The notes under the pieces are model-generated. The model was not told the DNA's origin and made no database searches. It worked only from the letters and a program-made list of their open reading frames with translations. Of a DNA stretch of 64,000 nucleotides, positions 9,338-17,781 are shown piece after piece; position 1 is the first letter of the stretch, and every line of letters starts with the position of its first letter. The DNA lies in contig JBAZKH010000005.1 in the NCBI GenBank assembly GCA_041650935.1, forward strand, positions 65,574-129,573, written 5' to 3'. Origin of the DNA: Candidatus Omnitrophota bacterium. Lineage in GTDB: Bacteria; Omnitrophota; Gorgyraeia; 2-01-FULL-45-10. The position numbers were made by a program, and so were the translations under genes.

Positions 9338-9775
9338 CTATTTATATAGCGCTTCATAGATAAGCGCGTCATTTTCGTGGGCGGCTTCCACTTGATCAAG
9401 GCTTTGCTCTTGTCTTTCCCTGGCAAGTTCCTTCTTTAGATAATCAATAATGAATCCGTCTATTCTTTTCCATACATAAGAGCTAAAACGGACGGGCTTG
9501 GGGTTACCATGCTTGTCTTTATATCGGAGGTTATAGGTTTGAATCTTATCGTACAAGATAAATACCATCTGAGAGAGAATGTCTTCGCTGAAACGATCAC
9601 GATAAATCGGGAATATTATCTTGTGAATTCGAAAAAGGACAAATCCTATATGCCGCAGGATAAGCTCATTGGCCTTGCCTTTATCACCCTTTTTTGCCTG
9701 GGCAATGAGGCGTCTTTCTTCCTCAAGAGAAAGCTTTTGATATTTAGGGATAGCCGTACGATAGGTTTCGAACAT
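9338..9775 (-). CDS. Sigma-70 region-2-only protein (sigma-factor-like, lacking regions 3 and 4).
   Basis: LSLEEERRLIAQAKKGDKGKANELILRHIGFVLFRIHK matches sigma-70 regions 1.2/2.1-2.2. FSSYVWKRIDGFIIDYLKK matches region 2.4. The protein is only 145 aa. It lies immediately upstream of the giant gene on the same strand. Confidence 0.55.
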   Translation of the reverse strand: MFETYRTAIPKYQKLSLEEERRLIAQAKKGDKGKANELILRHIGFVLFRIHKIIFPIYRDRFSEDILSQMVFILYDKIQTYNLRYKDKHGNPKPVRFSSYVWKRIDGFIIDYLKKELARERQEQSLDQVEAAHENDALIYEALYK

Positions 9776-9857
9776 GGCGGTATATTATACAGGCCAAATA
9801 CTCGAAACCAAATTAAAAATAATGAGATTCTTTGCTTGAAGACGGGCAATAAATTTT

Positions 9858-9903
9858 GGCGGCAAAAAAGAGGCATCGGTTATATGCTAACCAATGCCTC
9901 TTT
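9858..9903 (-). terminator. Rho-independent terminator-like hairpin plus T-run, downstream of tRNA-Tyr.
   Basis: On the minus strand, aaaagaggcattggttagcatataaccgatgcctctttt is followed by ttttttgcc. The stem is about 14 bp with one mismatch. Confidence 0.5.
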
Positions 9904-9962
9904 TGACTTCTTAGCAACCCTCTTACTTAGGTCTAAAACCACTATTTCGCACAAGTCTTTGA
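9866..9962. repeat. Direct-repeat copy 2 (partner of 1576-1669).
   Basis: Manual alignment. It lies immediately 3' of tRNA-Tyr. Confidence 0.7.
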
Positions 9963-9994
9963 TGTCACAATAATTAAAAATACTTGAGTAAAGT

Positions 9995-10080
9995 TGGTGG
10001 TGAGGGATGGATTCGAACCATCGAAGGCTTGCGCCGCCAGATTTACAGTCTGGTCCATTTGGCCGCTATGGTACCTCACC
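9995..10080 (-). tRNA. tRNA-Tyr (anticodon GTA), type II with a long variable arm.
   Basis: Reverse complement is GGTGAGGTACCATAGCGGCCAAATGGACCAGACTGTAAATCTGGCGGCGCAAGCCTTCGATGGTTCGAATCCATCCCTCACCACCA. Acceptor stem is GGTGAGG/CCTCACC. The anticodon loop is CTGTAAA. The T-loop is GGTTCGAATCC and CCA is encoded. Confidence 0.9.
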
Positions 10081-10202
10081 ATATTGTTGACTAAAACGGA
10101 GTTAGAATTTCAAATAACAAATTCCAAATGTCAAAAATTCAAACATGGAACTTATCCTACGAAGCCCTACAGTTATCTAAGCGCCTTAAGGGCAAAGTAG
10201 GA

Positions 10203-10252
10203 TGGAGCTAGCAGAGGGGATCGAACCCCCGACCTATGGTTTACAAAACCCC
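10203..10252 (-). pseudogene. 3' half of a split tRNA-Thr(TGT): anticodon loop and 3' stem, variable loop, T-arm, acceptor 3' strand and CCA.
   Basis: Reverse complement is GGGGTTTTGTAAACCATAGGTCGGGGGTTCGATCCCCTCTGCTAGCTCCA. No matching 5' acceptor or D-arm is adjacent. The matching 5' half lies at 11758-11795. Confidence 0.55.
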
Positions 10253-10360
10253 TGCTCCGCTAACCGTATTTGCAATTTTCTCGTCGGAAGACTGAAAACT
10301 ACCTACAACCCACCTCCGTTTGTGGCGCTAATCTGAAAAATATCATTACTTTAAGTAACC

Positions 10361-10705
10361 CTATGCAAATTGAACGCGCCTTTTGGGATGAATCAAGCGC
10401 TCAAGCCTGTGCCTAATAGTACTGTTAAGAGGAATGGCTTGCATTTTAACCGTATAGCCGATAAAAAGCAATACCTTTTCGAGGGTAGAAATACTGCTGA
10501 ATTCACCGTTTTCAATCTTCGAAATATGCTGCTGGGTTACCCCCACCTTATCGGCTAACTGTTTCTGGCTGAGTTTATTTTTAACCCGATATTCGATAAT
10601 CCGTTTTACGATCTTGAGTTTTTGTTCCTCAAGCTCATAAAGCTCCTTAAAATAAGGGTCTTTCAACTTTTCTTTTAAGTGCTCATCTACTTTTTGTAGT
10701 TTCAT
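10361..10705 (-). CDS. higA: XRE-family HTH antitoxin (HigA-like).
   Basis: HTH motif LSQKQLADKVGVTQQHISKIENGE. It lies directly downstream of a HigB/Gp49-like toxin gene. Confidence 0.7.
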   Translation of the reverse strand: MKLQKVDEHLKEKLKDPYFKELYELEEQKLKIVKRIIEYRVKNKLSQKQLADKVGVTQQHISKIENGEFSSISTLEKVLLFIGYTVKMQAIPLNSTIRHRLERLIHPKRRVQFA

Positions 10706-10719
10706 ATTAATCGTCTCCC

Positions 10720-11085
10720 TTATTGTCTACTTAAAAAATCGTTCCTTCTTTCGATGGCTATAATTATCTCATTTTTAGGAGTTTTCCGCGCCTTTTTTAT
10801 AAAGCCATTGGTAAATACTGCTTTATCTTCATGATAAAAGAAATACAAAACCCTGACCGCTCCTTCATGTCCTTTGAATCTCAACTCAAAGATGCTATCC
10901 CCAATATATTTGGCATGAGGAAATGGCAATCTATGACCAAATTCCTCCAATAATTCCTTAACAAAGAAAAACTTTCTTTGTGATTTAAAATCCAATGAAT
11001 CAACAAATTCTTTTACAGGCGATTTGCCTGATTCTGTAAGGTAATAATAAGTCGCTATTTTAGCCACTAACTCCGTACCCCTCAA
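10720..11085 (-). CDS. higB: RelE/ParE-superfamily toxin, HigB/Gp49-like (PF05973-type).
   Basis: IFELRFKGHEGAVRVLYFFYHEDKAVFTNGFIKKARKTPKNEIIIAIERR is typical of Gp49-like HigB toxins. Toxin-first order with an XRE antitoxin following. Confidence 0.7.
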   Translation of the reverse strand: MRGTELVAKIATYYYLTESGKSPVKEFVDSLDFKSQRKFFFVKELLEEFGHRLPFPHAKYIGDSIFELRFKGHEGAVRVLYFFYHEDKAVFTNGFIKKARKTPKNEIIIAIERRNDFLSRQ

Positions 11086-11146
11086 TATAAAGTATACAAC
11101 TAAATAGTTGTATTGTCAAGACTTATTAGCTTCAAGTACTAGCTGG

Positions 11147-11431
11147 TTAAAGTTGAAGCGTTTTTAAACTTTGTTCGATTAGATCTAAGTTTTTCATATA
11201 ATTGACATCATGTGCAATAAAATATGAAACTTCATAATATGTTGTATCAATTTTTAACAGAATGCACCTACTTTGATATTCCTGCTTTTCCCCTTTATGG
11301 ATAAAACTCATTTCATAAGCAGGATTTCCATTAAATGTAATTTTTCTTTCATGTAAAAGCTGTCCTTTTATGCCGCCGCCTTTTGTAGGTCCAAAATGAA
11401 AAATGCTGACGCAAAAAAATTGTAAATACAA
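11147..11431 (-). CDS. Hypothetical small protein (94 aa).
   Basis: ORF only. AT-rich and lies within the insert. Confidence 0.25.
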   Translation of the reverse strand: MYLQFFCVSIFHFGPTKGGGIKGQLLHERKITFNGNPAYEMSFIHKGEKQEYQSRCILLKIDTTYYEVSYFIAHDVNYMKNLDLIEQSLKTLQL

Positions 11432-11490
11432 TCATGCCTTTCCTTTTCATAATTCTTCTTTTCAGGCGCTCCTCTATATTCAGATTAACT

Positions 11491-11507
11491 AGAGCTGGGG
11501 AGAGGAC
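11491..11507 (-). repeat. 17-nt partial duplicate of the tRNA-Thr 3' end (gagctggggagaggact).
   Basis: Identical to 11529-11545 inside the intact tRNA-Thr and lies 21 nt away from it. Confidence 0.5.
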
Positions 11508-11525
11508 TCGGCCGACTTAAATAAT

Positions 11526-11601
11526 TGGAGCTGGGGAGAGGACTTGAACCTCCAACAGCGTGCTTACAAAGCACGAACTCTACCAGTTGAGTTACCCCAG
11601 C
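11526..11601 (-). tRNA. tRNA-Thr (anticodon TGT), intact.
   Basis: Reverse complement is GCTGGGGTAACTCAACTGGTAGAGTTCGTGCTTTGTAAGCACGCTGTTGGAGGTTCAAGTCCTCTCCCCAGCTCCA. Acceptor stem is GCTGGGG/CCCCAGC. Anticodon stem is CGTGC/GCACG with loop TTTGTAA. Confidence 0.85.
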
Positions 11602-11757
11602 CTAAATTTGTAGCGCTATTTGCTAACAAATAACCCTAAACGCTACCAAATCCGCTAAAAATCAAATTAAAAAAAATTGTCTTAACTTATTGCTACTATT
11701 CGTATTACGTTGACTTTAAATGGGTTACGAAACTACTCAAAAACTACCATAGCATTC

Positions 11758-11795
11758 TTACAAAACCATTGCTCTACCAGCTGAGCTATGCTAGC
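11758..11795 (-). pseudogene. 5' half of the split tRNA-Thr(TGT): acceptor 5' strand, D-arm, anticodon 5' stem and loop.
   Basis: Reverse complement is GCTAGCATAGCTCAGCTGGTAGAGCAATGGTTTTGTAA. GCTAGCA pairs 7/7 with TGCTAGC at 10206-10212. ATGGT pairs 5/5 with ACCAT at 10236-10240. Confidence 0.55.
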
Positions 11796-11858
11796 GCCAA
11801 CATTGTTGCGCATGTCTGGTGTCCCGAGACGCTATCTTCCAACTCCCGCGCCAAGAGA

Positions 11859-12722
11859 CTACCCTAATCTCTTTAACACTTCCGGCAGCTTATCTAAAAG
11901 ATCCGTTGCGATAAGACCCAGCGACCCCTTATCTCTTACTGCCAGGTCCCCCGCCAGGCCGTGAAAGTATGTACCGAGCGCCGCCGCGTCAAAAGGCTCC
12001 ACGCCCTGCGCGACAAATGCGGCTATAATACCTGTGAGCAGATCGCCGACGCCGCCGGACGCCATCCCGGGATTACCGGTCCTGTTTATATAAAATTCAC
12101 CGCGCGGCCCGGCAACAACGGTATTATGTCCTTTCAAAACCAGGACGATATTATACTCACGCGCCGTTTCAAGCGCAACATCTTTTCGGAACCTCTCTAT
12201 CTTCGCTATGCTCTCCCCCGTCAGTCTTGCCAATTCTCCCGGATGAGGAGTGAGCACAAGCGGTCCCCTGGCTTTTTTAAGTTCTCCGGCATAGCCGTCG
12301 AAAGCATTTATCCCGTCGGCGTCGAGGACTATAGGCCTATCCAATTTTGCAACAAGTTTCCTGACTAGCCGCGCCGTTTGGTTATTCCGCGAAAGCCCCG
12401 GGCCGATCGCAAAAGAATTACACCTGCCGGCAAAACGCAAAAGGCCGCCTTCGGCATCTATCCCCAGCGAACGCTCTTTCGTCTCAGGGCAGGACTTCAC
12501 CATGACCTCGGTAAGTTTTGCCGCCATTATGCAATGGAGGCTCTCGGGCACCGCCAGCGTCACGAGTCCGCCGCCTGACCTCACTGCCGCCTGACTCGAT
12601 AAGTACGCCGCGCCCGTATAACCGGCGGACCCGGCAACAACCAGGACGTGCCCAAAATCCGCTTTACTGGAATCAAGCGGCCTAATCGGAAATTTCTTTA
12701 TAAGCTTACCTATCGATATCAT
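11859..12722 (-). CDS. nnrD: ADP-dependent (S)-NAD(P)H-hydrate dehydratase (YjeF C-terminal domain).
   Basis: Carbohydrate-kinase-like YjeF_C fold. Motifs include GPGLS, VLDADGIN and GNPGMASGGVGDLLTG. Confidence 0.8.
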   Translation of the reverse strand: MISIGKLIKKFPIRPLDSSKADFGHVLVVAGSAGYTGAAYLSSQAAVRSGGGLVTLAVPESLHCIMAAKLTEVMVKSCPETKERSLGIDAEGGLLRFAGRCNSFAIGPGLSRNNQTARLVRKLVAKLDRPIVLDADGINAFDGYAGELKKARGPLVLTPHPGELARLTGESIAKIERFRKDVALETAREYNIVLVLKGHNTVVAGPRGEFYINRTGNPGMASGGVGDLLTGIIAAFVAQGVEPFDAAALGTYFHGLAGDLAVRDKGSLGLIATDLLDKLPEVLKRLG

Positions 12723-13105
12723 GCGGCATCTTTTAAAAGTATGACGTTTGCGATTGCGTAATTCCTGGAATGGGAGATGCTAAGCATCACATTGCCGATT
12801 CTCTTCTTATTCTTGAGTTTAAGCGCATCTTTATAAAATCTTATCGTCGGCTTACCCTCGCCGTCATTCATTACCTCTATCTCGGTCCACTTGATGGGAA
12901 ATTTCCGCGGCTCGCCGAACGCCTTGACGATAGCCTCTTTCGCCGCAAACCGCGCCGCAAAATGCTGACACGAAAATCTCTTAGAGTTCGAATATTTTAT
13001 CTCCCTGCAGGTGAATATCTTCTTTAAGAATGAGTCGCCCCATTTGTCTATCGCGTCCTTCATCCTGTAGACTTCTACTATGTCCACGCCGCTTCCAAAG
13101 ATCAT
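12719..13105 (-). CDS. acpS: Holo-[acyl-carrier-protein] synthase.
   Basis: MIFGSGVDIVEV N-terminus and 128 aa length are typical of AcpS. Confidence 0.8.
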   Translation of the reverse strand: MIFGSGVDIVEVYRMKDAIDKWGDSFLKKIFTCREIKYSNSKRFSCQHFAARFAAKEAIVKAFGEPRKFPIKWTEIEVMNDGEGKPTIRFYKDALKLKNKKRIGNVMLSISHSRNYAIANVILLKDAA

Positions 13106-13815
13106 GCAACCAGCTCCAGCATCTCATCCACCGCCGCAGAAAGTCCCACGAAGACAGCGCTGGAAATTATAGCGTGCCCTATATTGAGTTCGTTCATGCC
13201 GCTTATCCGCGCGATATCATACACATTTTCGTAATTTAGCCCGTGGCCGGCATTCACCTCAAGCCCCAGCGACAGGGCATGTTCCACGGCCCTCTCCAAC
13301 ACGGCAAGTTCCCTTCTTCTGGCAGCCGCGGTCCCGGCATTCGCGTACTCTCCGGTATGGAGCTCTATTATCCCTGCGCCGCACCTGTGAGAAGCATCTA
13401 TCTGTGCGATAGATGGATTTATGAAGAAACTCGCGGCTATCCCGGCCGCTTTTAACTTTGCCGTTACGGAACTTATCCTCTTCAAATTGGCCTTAACGTC
13501 CAGGCCGCCCTCCGTAGTGACCTCCTGCCTCCTCTCCGGCACAAGCGTAGCCTGGTCAGGCTTTATCCTGCATGCGATCTTTACTATTTCGGGCGATATG
13601 GACATCTCAAGGTTCAGGCGCGTCGTCACGACCTTACGCAGGCGCATCACGTCGTCATCTTTTATATGGCGCCTGTCTTCGCGCAAGTGGCAGACTATCG
13701 AATCGCATCCTGCCTTTTCGCACACAAGCGCGGCCTCTACGGGATCCGGTATACAGGTCTTTCGCGCTTCCCGTAAAGTGGCAACGTGGTCTATATTAAC
13801 GCCTAACTTTGGCAT
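13102..13815 (-). CDS. pdxJ: Pyridoxine 5'-phosphate synthase.
   Basis: LGVNIDHVATLR... and HAIISSAVFVGL are PdxJ signatures. Confidence 0.85.
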   Translation of the reverse strand: MPKLGVNIDHVATLREARKTCIPDPVEAALVCEKAGCDSIVCHLREDRRHIKDDDVMRLRKVVTTRLNLEMSISPEIVKIACRIKPDQATLVPERRQEVTTEGGLDVKANLKRISSVTAKLKAAGIAASFFINPSIAQIDASHRCGAGIIELHTGEYANAGTAAARRRELAVLERAVEHALSLGLEVNAGHGLNYENVYDIARISGMNELNIGHAIISSAVFVGLSAAVDEMLELVA

Positions 13816-13819
13816 ATCT

Positions 13820-14263
13820 TTAAGGGTTTAATTTTTCTACGGGTGCGGTGACCTGCACAAGGGTCTCTTCCATATAGACACCCGGCATTATAGGGGTCAG
13901 GGCTACGGATTTCGTAAAAGGTTTGGCGGCCCCGGACACATCTACCGGCATCGTATAAACATACCTGGCCTTACTCAACAATTCTTTAGTCCCTACCACT
14001 ATGCAGTATTCGGGGACCACTACGGCCTTCCTGGGATCGACGCTAAATCCGGACCACGGCCTGCCGATGAATATCGGCCTTATTGCAAGTTTCTTTGCGA
14101 CGAGGCCTTCCTGCGGAAGCATCCTGCTCAGGAACTGCCGTTCTTCTTCGTTACCCTTATTCAATTCGTTCACGATGTAGAACCATAACGCCAGCGCCAG
14201 GACAAGCGCCGTAATCTTCAGGCCTATATGTTTTGTAAAAACTTTCCTTATAAACTCCATCAT
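13820..14263 (-). CDS. cdaR: YbbR-domain protein, putative CdaA regulator.
   Basis: N-terminal TM plus YbbR-like domain. It lies directly downstream of cdaA. Confidence 0.55.
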   Translation of the reverse strand: MMEFIRKVFTKHIGLKITALVLALALWFYIVNELNKGNEEERQFLSRMLPQEGLVAKKLAIRPIFIGRPWSGFSVDPRKAVVVPEYCIVVGTKELLSKARYVYTMPVDVSGAAKPFTKSVALTPIMPGVYMEETLVQVTAPVEKLNP

Positions 14264-14265
14264 GA

Positions 14266-15051
14266 TCAGTCTCTCTTAGAGTCGATATCCACGATCTGAA
14301 TGCGCGAATGTTTTTTTGATGGCCTGTGGAAAATATTCTTCAGCATCTTATTCAGGCTCTCTTCGTCCAACTCACATTTCAGTTTGCCGTCGCTCGCGAC
14401 GGATATGTAACCCGTCTCTTCACTTACGACAACGCAGACGGCATCCGTCTCCTCGCTGATGCCGACGGCCGCCCTGTGGCGCATACCCATGTATTTTGGC
14501 AGATCCTTCTCTTCCTGGGGCAGAGGCAGAACACAGGCCGCCGCGGTAAGCCTTCCGCGTCCTATTATAACGGCTCCATCGTGAAGAGGCGACTGCGGCA
14601 GGAAAATGGAATTGAGGAGAAAAGCGCTTAAGTCGGCGTCGACAATGGTTCCTGTTTCTATATAGCTCTTGAGCCCCGTCTCCCTCTCGATAACTATTAA
14701 TGCGCCTATGCGTTTCTTTGCCAGATTCACCGCCGCGCGCGTTATCTCATCGATTGCCTCGATATTTTCGCCATGCTTGCCGAACCGCCCCAGCTGCGCG
14801 AGACCACGCCGTAATTCCGGCTGGAATATTATGAGCAGGGCGATAACCGATATTGGAAACAGCCTCGTAATCGCCCAATTTATAGCATCGAGGCCAAGCT
14901 GCTGGGTGCCGATAAAGATGATCGCGATAATGACCAACCCTTTCAACAGCTGTTCAGAACGGGTTCCTTTGACAAACAGGAGCATCATGTATATGACGTA
15001 CCAGAATATCAGTATCTCAAGCGCTATCTTCCAGTAATGGACTGCAGCCAT
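14266..15051 (-). CDS. cdaA: Diadenylate cyclase CdaA (DisA_N domain, N-terminal TM helices).
   Basis: DAC-domain motifs LHDGAVII and RHRAAVGISEETDAVCVVVSEETG. Confidence 0.85.
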   Translation of the reverse strand: MAAVHYWKIALEILIFWYVIYMMLLFVKGTRSEQLLKGLVIIAIIFIGTQQLGLDAINWAITRLFPISVIALLIIFQPELRRGLAQLGRFGKHGENIEAIDEITRAAVNLAKKRIGALIVIERETGLKSYIETGTIVDADLSAFLLNSIFLPQSPLHDGAVIIGRGRLTAAACVLPLPQEEKDLPKYMGMRHRAAVGISEETDAVCVVVSEETGYISVASDGKLKCELDEESLNKMLKNIFHRPSKKHSRIQIVDIDSKRD

Positions 15052-15888
15052 CTATCCCGCCTTAAGTATTCTGTTGGTTATTGCAGCGGCCTGCACGGCC
15101 GCCCTGACATCGTGAACCCTTAGGATGCCGGCTCCGTTTACGACAGCCACGACACATGCGGCGGTCGTTCCCGCAAGCCTTTCGGCCGTATCGGGGAGAT
15201 TCAATATCCTGCCGATAAATGTTTTGCGCGAAACCCCAACACAGATCGGCCTTCCAAAACCCTTAAACTCTTCCAGTCTTTTCAATATCTCAAGATTATG
15301 TTCTACCGTCTTGCCAAACCCTATCCCCGGGTCGATAATTATATCCGCCTCTTTGACCCCGGCGGCCCGCGCGCGCTTTATCGACTCTTTAAGCGATGTT
15401 TTGATCTCCGGAATAAGATTGCGATAACGCGGCGACTTCTGCATTCCGGCAGGCGTACCTTTTATATGCATAACGATCACCATGGCGCCGTAGCGGGCCG
15501 CAACTTCCGCCATGGCCGGATCATATTTCAATCCGGATATATCGTTAATGATTCTTGCGCCCGCCCTGATCGCGGCCTCGGCAACTTTTGCCTTCCGCGT
15601 ATCGATCGATACCGGTATCCTTTGCCGTGCCGTTATGGCCGCGACGACCGGTATAACGCGGCCCAATTCCTCTTCCTCGCTGACGGGACTCGCCCCCGGC
15701 CGCGTGGATTCGCCGCCTACATCGATGATATCGGCTCCTGCGGAGGCCATCTCGGCGGCGCGCGCAAGCGCGGCGCGCTTATCGCAATACTTCCCACCGT
15801 CGGAAAACGAATCCGGGGTCACATTCAGGACCCCCATGATACAGGTCCTGCCGGTATTAAGCTTCCTTCTTATCGGCATCGAATCCAA
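15052..15888 (-). CDS. folP: Dihydropteroate synthase.
   Basis: Motifs GVLNVTPDSFSDGG and DIIDVGGESTRPG. Confidence 0.9.
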   Translation of the reverse strand: MDSMPIRRKLNTGRTCIMGVLNVTPDSFSDGGKYCDKRAALARAAEMASAGADIIDVGGESTRPGASPVSEEEELGRVIPVVAAITARQRIPVSIDTRKAKVAEAAIRAGARIINDISGLKYDPAMAEVAARYGAMVIVMHIKGTPAGMQKSPRYRNLIPEIKTSLKESIKRARAAGVKEADIIIDPGIGFGKTVEHNLEILKRLEEFKGFGRPICVGVSRKTFIGRILNLPDTAERLAGTTAACVVAVVNGAGILRVHDVRAAVQAAAITNRILKAG

Positions 15889-17731
15889 GGAGCGCCTTTA
15901 TCTCTTCGACTTCCATGATCTCTTTTTCCAAAAGCCGTTCCGATAACACTTTTAATCTATCCTGGTGCTTTGCGAGTTCGCTTCTGGCACGTTCATAACA
16001 ATCGTCGACTATCTTGCGCACTTCCTGGTCAATGAGGAGTGCCGTCTGGTCGCTGTAGTTGCGTTCTTCGATTATGTCCCTGCCCAGGAATATCTGCTCT
16101 TCTTTATGGCCGAACGTGAGGTGGCCCAGTTTTTCGCTCATACCGAACCTTGTGACCATCTTCCGCGCCAGGCCCGTCGCGACTTCGAGATCATTCTGCG
16201 CGCCGGTCGAAACCTCGTGGAAGACCAGTTCCTCGCTTGCCCTGCCTCCGAGAAGGCCGGCGATCCTGCCCATAAGGTCCGTCTTGGAAACTATATATCT
16301 ATCCTCGATAGGAAGACGGATAGTATACCCGAGCGCCATACCGCGCGGCAGTATCGAGACTTTGTGTAGCGGATCCGCCCCGGGGATAAGAAGCGCCAGG
16401 AGCGCGTGCCCCGACTCGTGGTACGAGATTATCTCTTTCTCTTTTTTCGATATGACCTTCGACCTTCGTTCCGGCCCGGCCATTACCCTCTCCATAGCTT
16501 CCTGCATCTCTCCCATCGTCACGGTCTCTTTATTGCGCCTCGCGGCAAGAAGAGCCGCTTCATTAACCAGATTTGCCAGGTCCGCGCCGGAGAAACCGGG
16601 CGTCTGCCTGGCTATAGTCTTTAAATTTGCCGCGGGGTCGAGTTTCACATTCTTAGCGTGAACTTTTATAATCGCCTCACGGCCCATAATGTCCGGCATA
16701 TCGATAACTATCTGCCGGTCAAACCTGCCCGGCCGCAGGAGCGCCGGATCGAGCACGTCGGGACGGTTCGTCGCCGCTATGAGTATGACCCCTTCCTGCG
16801 TATTGAACCCGTCCATCTCCACCAGGAGCGCATTCAGCGTCTGTTCGCGCTCATCGTGCCCCCCGCCGATACCCGCGAACCGCTGGCGGCCGACCGCGTC
16901 TATTTCATCGATGAATATAATGGCGCCGCGGCCGCTCGTCTTGGCCGAGCGCTTGGCCTGGTCGAAAAGGTCGCGCACCCGCGACGCACCGACGCCGACA
17001 AACATCTCGACGAAGTCAGAGCCGGATATCGAAAGGAACGGCACGTTCGCCTCGCCGGCAACGGCCTTCGCAAGAAGCGTCTTGCCCGTGCCCGGGTGGC
17101 CCATGAGAAGCACGCCTTTAGGGATCTTTCCCCCGAGGCGCTGGAACCTGCGCGGGTCCTTTAAAAATTCTATGACTTCTTTAAGCTCCTCCTTGGCTTC
17201 GTCCACGCCGGCAACATCAGAAAATGTCACTTTGAGGTTCTGGTCGGAGGCAAGCGTTGCGCGCGACTTCCCGAAAGACCATATTTTGCCGCCGCCGGCT
17301 CCCCCGGGAGCCCTGTAGGCAAATAACCACAGGAAGAGAATAAAGAGCACCATAGGGCCGAGCGAATAAAACAGGTTAACCCATAATGTCTTGGGGGGCC
17401 TTATGTCGAAGGGTTTGACGTTCTCTCTCAAGAGCCTTATAAGGTCCTGGTCGCCCTCCGGTATGTTGACCGTAAATTTTTCGCCGCCGGCCAATTCGCC
17501 TTTAATGATATTATCGGTCTTAGCGGCCGATTTTATCTTATGCGTCGAGAGGTTCTCTTTTGCTATCTCGAAGAATTGTGAGTAGGCCATCTCCTGGGCG
17601 GGCTTCTCGATACCCTGGTTGAGCGTATTGAATAGATAGAGCATACCTAGTATGACAAAAAGCCATATGAAGAAGTTGCCTGTTCCCTTCTGCGGCTTCA
17701 TTACTTTTTTCCTGCCGGTTTTCTTTTCCAT
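15857..17731 (-). CDS. ftsH: ATP-dependent zinc metalloprotease FtsH.
   Basis: Walker A GHPGTGKT, an AAA domain and the zinc motif HESGHAL. Confidence 0.9.
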   Translation of the reverse strand: MEKKTGRKKVMKPQKGTGNFFIWLFVILGMLYLFNTLNQGIEKPAQEMAYSQFFEIAKENLSTHKIKSAAKTDNIIKGELAGGEKFTVNIPEGDQDLIRLLRENVKPFDIRPPKTLWVNLFYSLGPMVLFILFLWLFAYRAPGGAGGGKIWSFGKSRATLASDQNLKVTFSDVAGVDEAKEELKEVIEFLKDPRRFQRLGGKIPKGVLLMGHPGTGKTLLAKAVAGEANVPFLSISGSDFVEMFVGVGASRVRDLFDQAKRSAKTSGRGAIIFIDEIDAVGRQRFAGIGGGHDEREQTLNALLVEMDGFNTQEGVILIAATNRPDVLDPALLRPGRFDRQIVIDMPDIMGREAIIKVHAKNVKLDPAANLKTIARQTPGFSGADLANLVNEAALLAARRNKETVTMGEMQEAMERVMAGPERRSKVISKKEKEIISYHESGHALLALLIPGADPLHKVSILPRGMALGYTIRLPIEDRYIVSKTDLMGRIAGLLGGRASEELVFHEVSTGAQNDLEVATGLARKMVTRFGMSEKLGHLTFGHKEEQIFLGRDIIEERNYSDQTALLIDQEVRKIVDDCYERARSELAKHQDRLKVLSERLLEKEIMEVEEIKALLGFDADKKEA

Positions 17732-17781
17732 TACCGCTTACACTCCTTTGTCGTTAGAGGGATATCTTATCAAAATATAAT

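Noticed and set aside
10203-10360. tmRNA, considered because of the tRNA-like T-arm and ...GCTCCA 3' end.
   Set aside because: Only ~160 nt of non-coding space is available. No tmRNA 5' GGGG...acceptor or tag-reading-frame features were found. The fragment is better explained as the 3' half of the split tRNA-Thr.
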